Source: Podarcis filfolensis (Eukaryota). Taken from it: 64,000 nucleotides of DNA. Both the position numbers and the translations under genes were made by a program. The notes beneath the pieces were generated by a model. It searched no databases and was not told the origin of the DNA. It saw only the letters and a list, made by a program, of their open reading frames with translations. Below, piece after piece: positions 62,935 to 64,000 of this stretch. Every line of letters starts with the position of its first letter. The stretch's first letter is position 1. Where the stretch lies: NCBI GenBank assembly GCA_964270895.1, contig OZ185446.1; one strand, given 5' to 3'.

Positions 62935-63504
62935 GAAGTTTTTTGGGAACTCCAAGTAGTATAAAGTCATCTTCCGGAAGTTCAGTTCAGTCTCCCCAGG
63001 ACTTTTTGAGTTTTACAGACTCGGATCTACGTAATGACAGCTATACTCATTCCCAGCAGACATTGTCGACCAAAGATGTACATAAAGGAGAGACTGGAAG
63101 CCAGGAAGGGGGTGTGAATTGTTTTACTTCCTTAATTGGTCTTCCTTCAACCTCAACTGTTGCCTCCCAGCCTAATATTTTTGACAGCTCACCTGGAGAG
63201 TTGGGTAATTCAAGCCTTACATCAACAGGATACAAGCGTGTTCAGTCCTCTGGGACAGAAGATGAAACTGTAAAGGAAAAGAAGCGGAAAGGAAATAAGC
63301 AGTGTAAACATGGGCCTGGTAGGCCAAAAGGAAATAAAAGTCAGGAGAATATTTCCCACCTATCGGTTTGTTCTGCCTCCCCAACATCATCTGTGGCATC
63401 TGCTGCAGGAAGTATAACCAGTTCTAATTTGCAAAAATCTCCAACGTTGCTTAGGAATGGAAGTCTACAAAGTCTCAGTGTTGGCTCCTCCCCTGTTGGT
63501 TCAG
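62935..63504 (+). CDS. MLLT10: MLLT10 coding exon 10 (570 nt): Ser-rich region with AT-hook (KHGPGRPKGNK, about 63306-63338)
   Basis: ttttctccAG|GA AGT TTT... = (G)SFLGTPSSIKSSSG...SSPVGS; donor TCAG|gtaggc; explains ORF 62919..63554. Confidence 0.96.
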
Positions 63505-63579
63505 GTAGGCATATGTTTTACTTTAGAAAGCAGAAGTTTGAGTATATAATATAACATGGAACTTTGGTCTCAATGATTA

Positions 63580-63835
63580 CCGTATTTTTTGCTCTATAAC
63601 TCACTTTTTCCCTCCTAAAAAGTAAGGGGAAATGTGTGTGCGTCTTATGGAGTGAATGCAGGCTGCGCAGCTATCCCAGAAGCCAGAACAGCAAGAGGGA
63701 TTGCTGCTTTCACTGCGCAGCGATCCGTCTTGCTGTTCTGGCTTCTGAGATTCAGAATATTTTTTTCTTGTTTTCCTCCTCCAAAAATTAGGTGCGTCTT
63801 GTAGTCTGGTGCGTCTTATAGAGCAAAAAATATGG
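63580..63835. mobile_element. TcMar-Tc2-type MITE with a long internal hairpin
   Basis: TIRs CCGTATTTTTTGCTCTATAA / TTATAGAGCAAAAAATATGG, TA on the left; hairpin at 63677-63747. Confidence 0.85.
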
Positions 63836-64000
63836 TGTGTACATCCAGTCTAAGTTGATGCCCCCTAAACTGGCTATCTTGAAAATAGAAAAATTAGCAC
63901 ACACCCCATCACACTATACGCATGTTTGGAATAATGACTAACAAAGATTGAACTTAAAATACTTATAACTAGAAACAAACTGAGGTCTCATCCAATAATG

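Larger units (their letters stand above)
2815..63504 (+). other. MLLT10: MLLT10 (AF10, DOT1L cofactor) gene span, coding exons 1-10; 3' part lies outside the window
   Basis: The spliced translation MVSSEPLLLPVSLEGEFSNSMKEMIGGCCVCSDERGWAENPLVYCDGHGCNVAVHQACYGIVQVPTGPWFCRKCESQERAARVRCELCPHKDGALKRTDNGGWAHVVC... matches AF10 as recalled. The MVSS N-terminal extension and the GSLKRLEDT / FLSFTDSDLRNDSY segments separate it from the paralog MLLT6/AF17. All splice phases are compatible. Confidence 0.97.

Noticed and set aside
62919-63554. 211-aa ORF as a stand-alone gene
   Set aside because: It is MLLT10 coding exon 10 plus read-through into the flanking introns.

Overview
Vertebrate (squamate, most likely lacertid lizard, inferred from the Sauria-type SINEs) genomic DNA carrying the 5' half of MLLT10 (AF10) on the + strand. 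A CpG-island promoter (~1.8-3.3 kb) is followed by 10 coding exons (169, 80, 55, 110, 104, 94, 96, 96, 256 and 570 nt). All have canonical AG/GT boundaries and compatible phases, and they join into one open frame of 543 codons plus 1 nt. This frame encodes the PHD1-Zn-knuckle-PHD2 (PZP) domain, a Lys-rich segment, and the Ser-rich region with the AT-hook. The gene continues beyond the window; the OM-LZ part is not present. Introns contain three Sauria SINEs, a tRNA-Lys-derived SINE, Bov-B, CR1 and L2-like fragments, a decayed DIRS-like element, Tc1/mariner- and hAT-type MITEs, microsatellites and a 142-nt N gap. There is no CRISPR or prokaryote-type system. The most interesting signals are (i) a cluster of splice and translation switches around the first coding exon (two strong-Kozak upstream ATGs, an ATGA stop-start overlap, a possible GC-AG intron giving an in-frame N-terminal extension, and an in-frame internal donor that would delete half of PHD1), (ii) a TSD-flanked Bov-B insertion with a twin-priming-like inverted structure, and (iii) a micro-inversion seen by comparing two retroelement copies. 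Comparisons with human AF10 and with repeat consensus sequences are from memory and need alignment checks.
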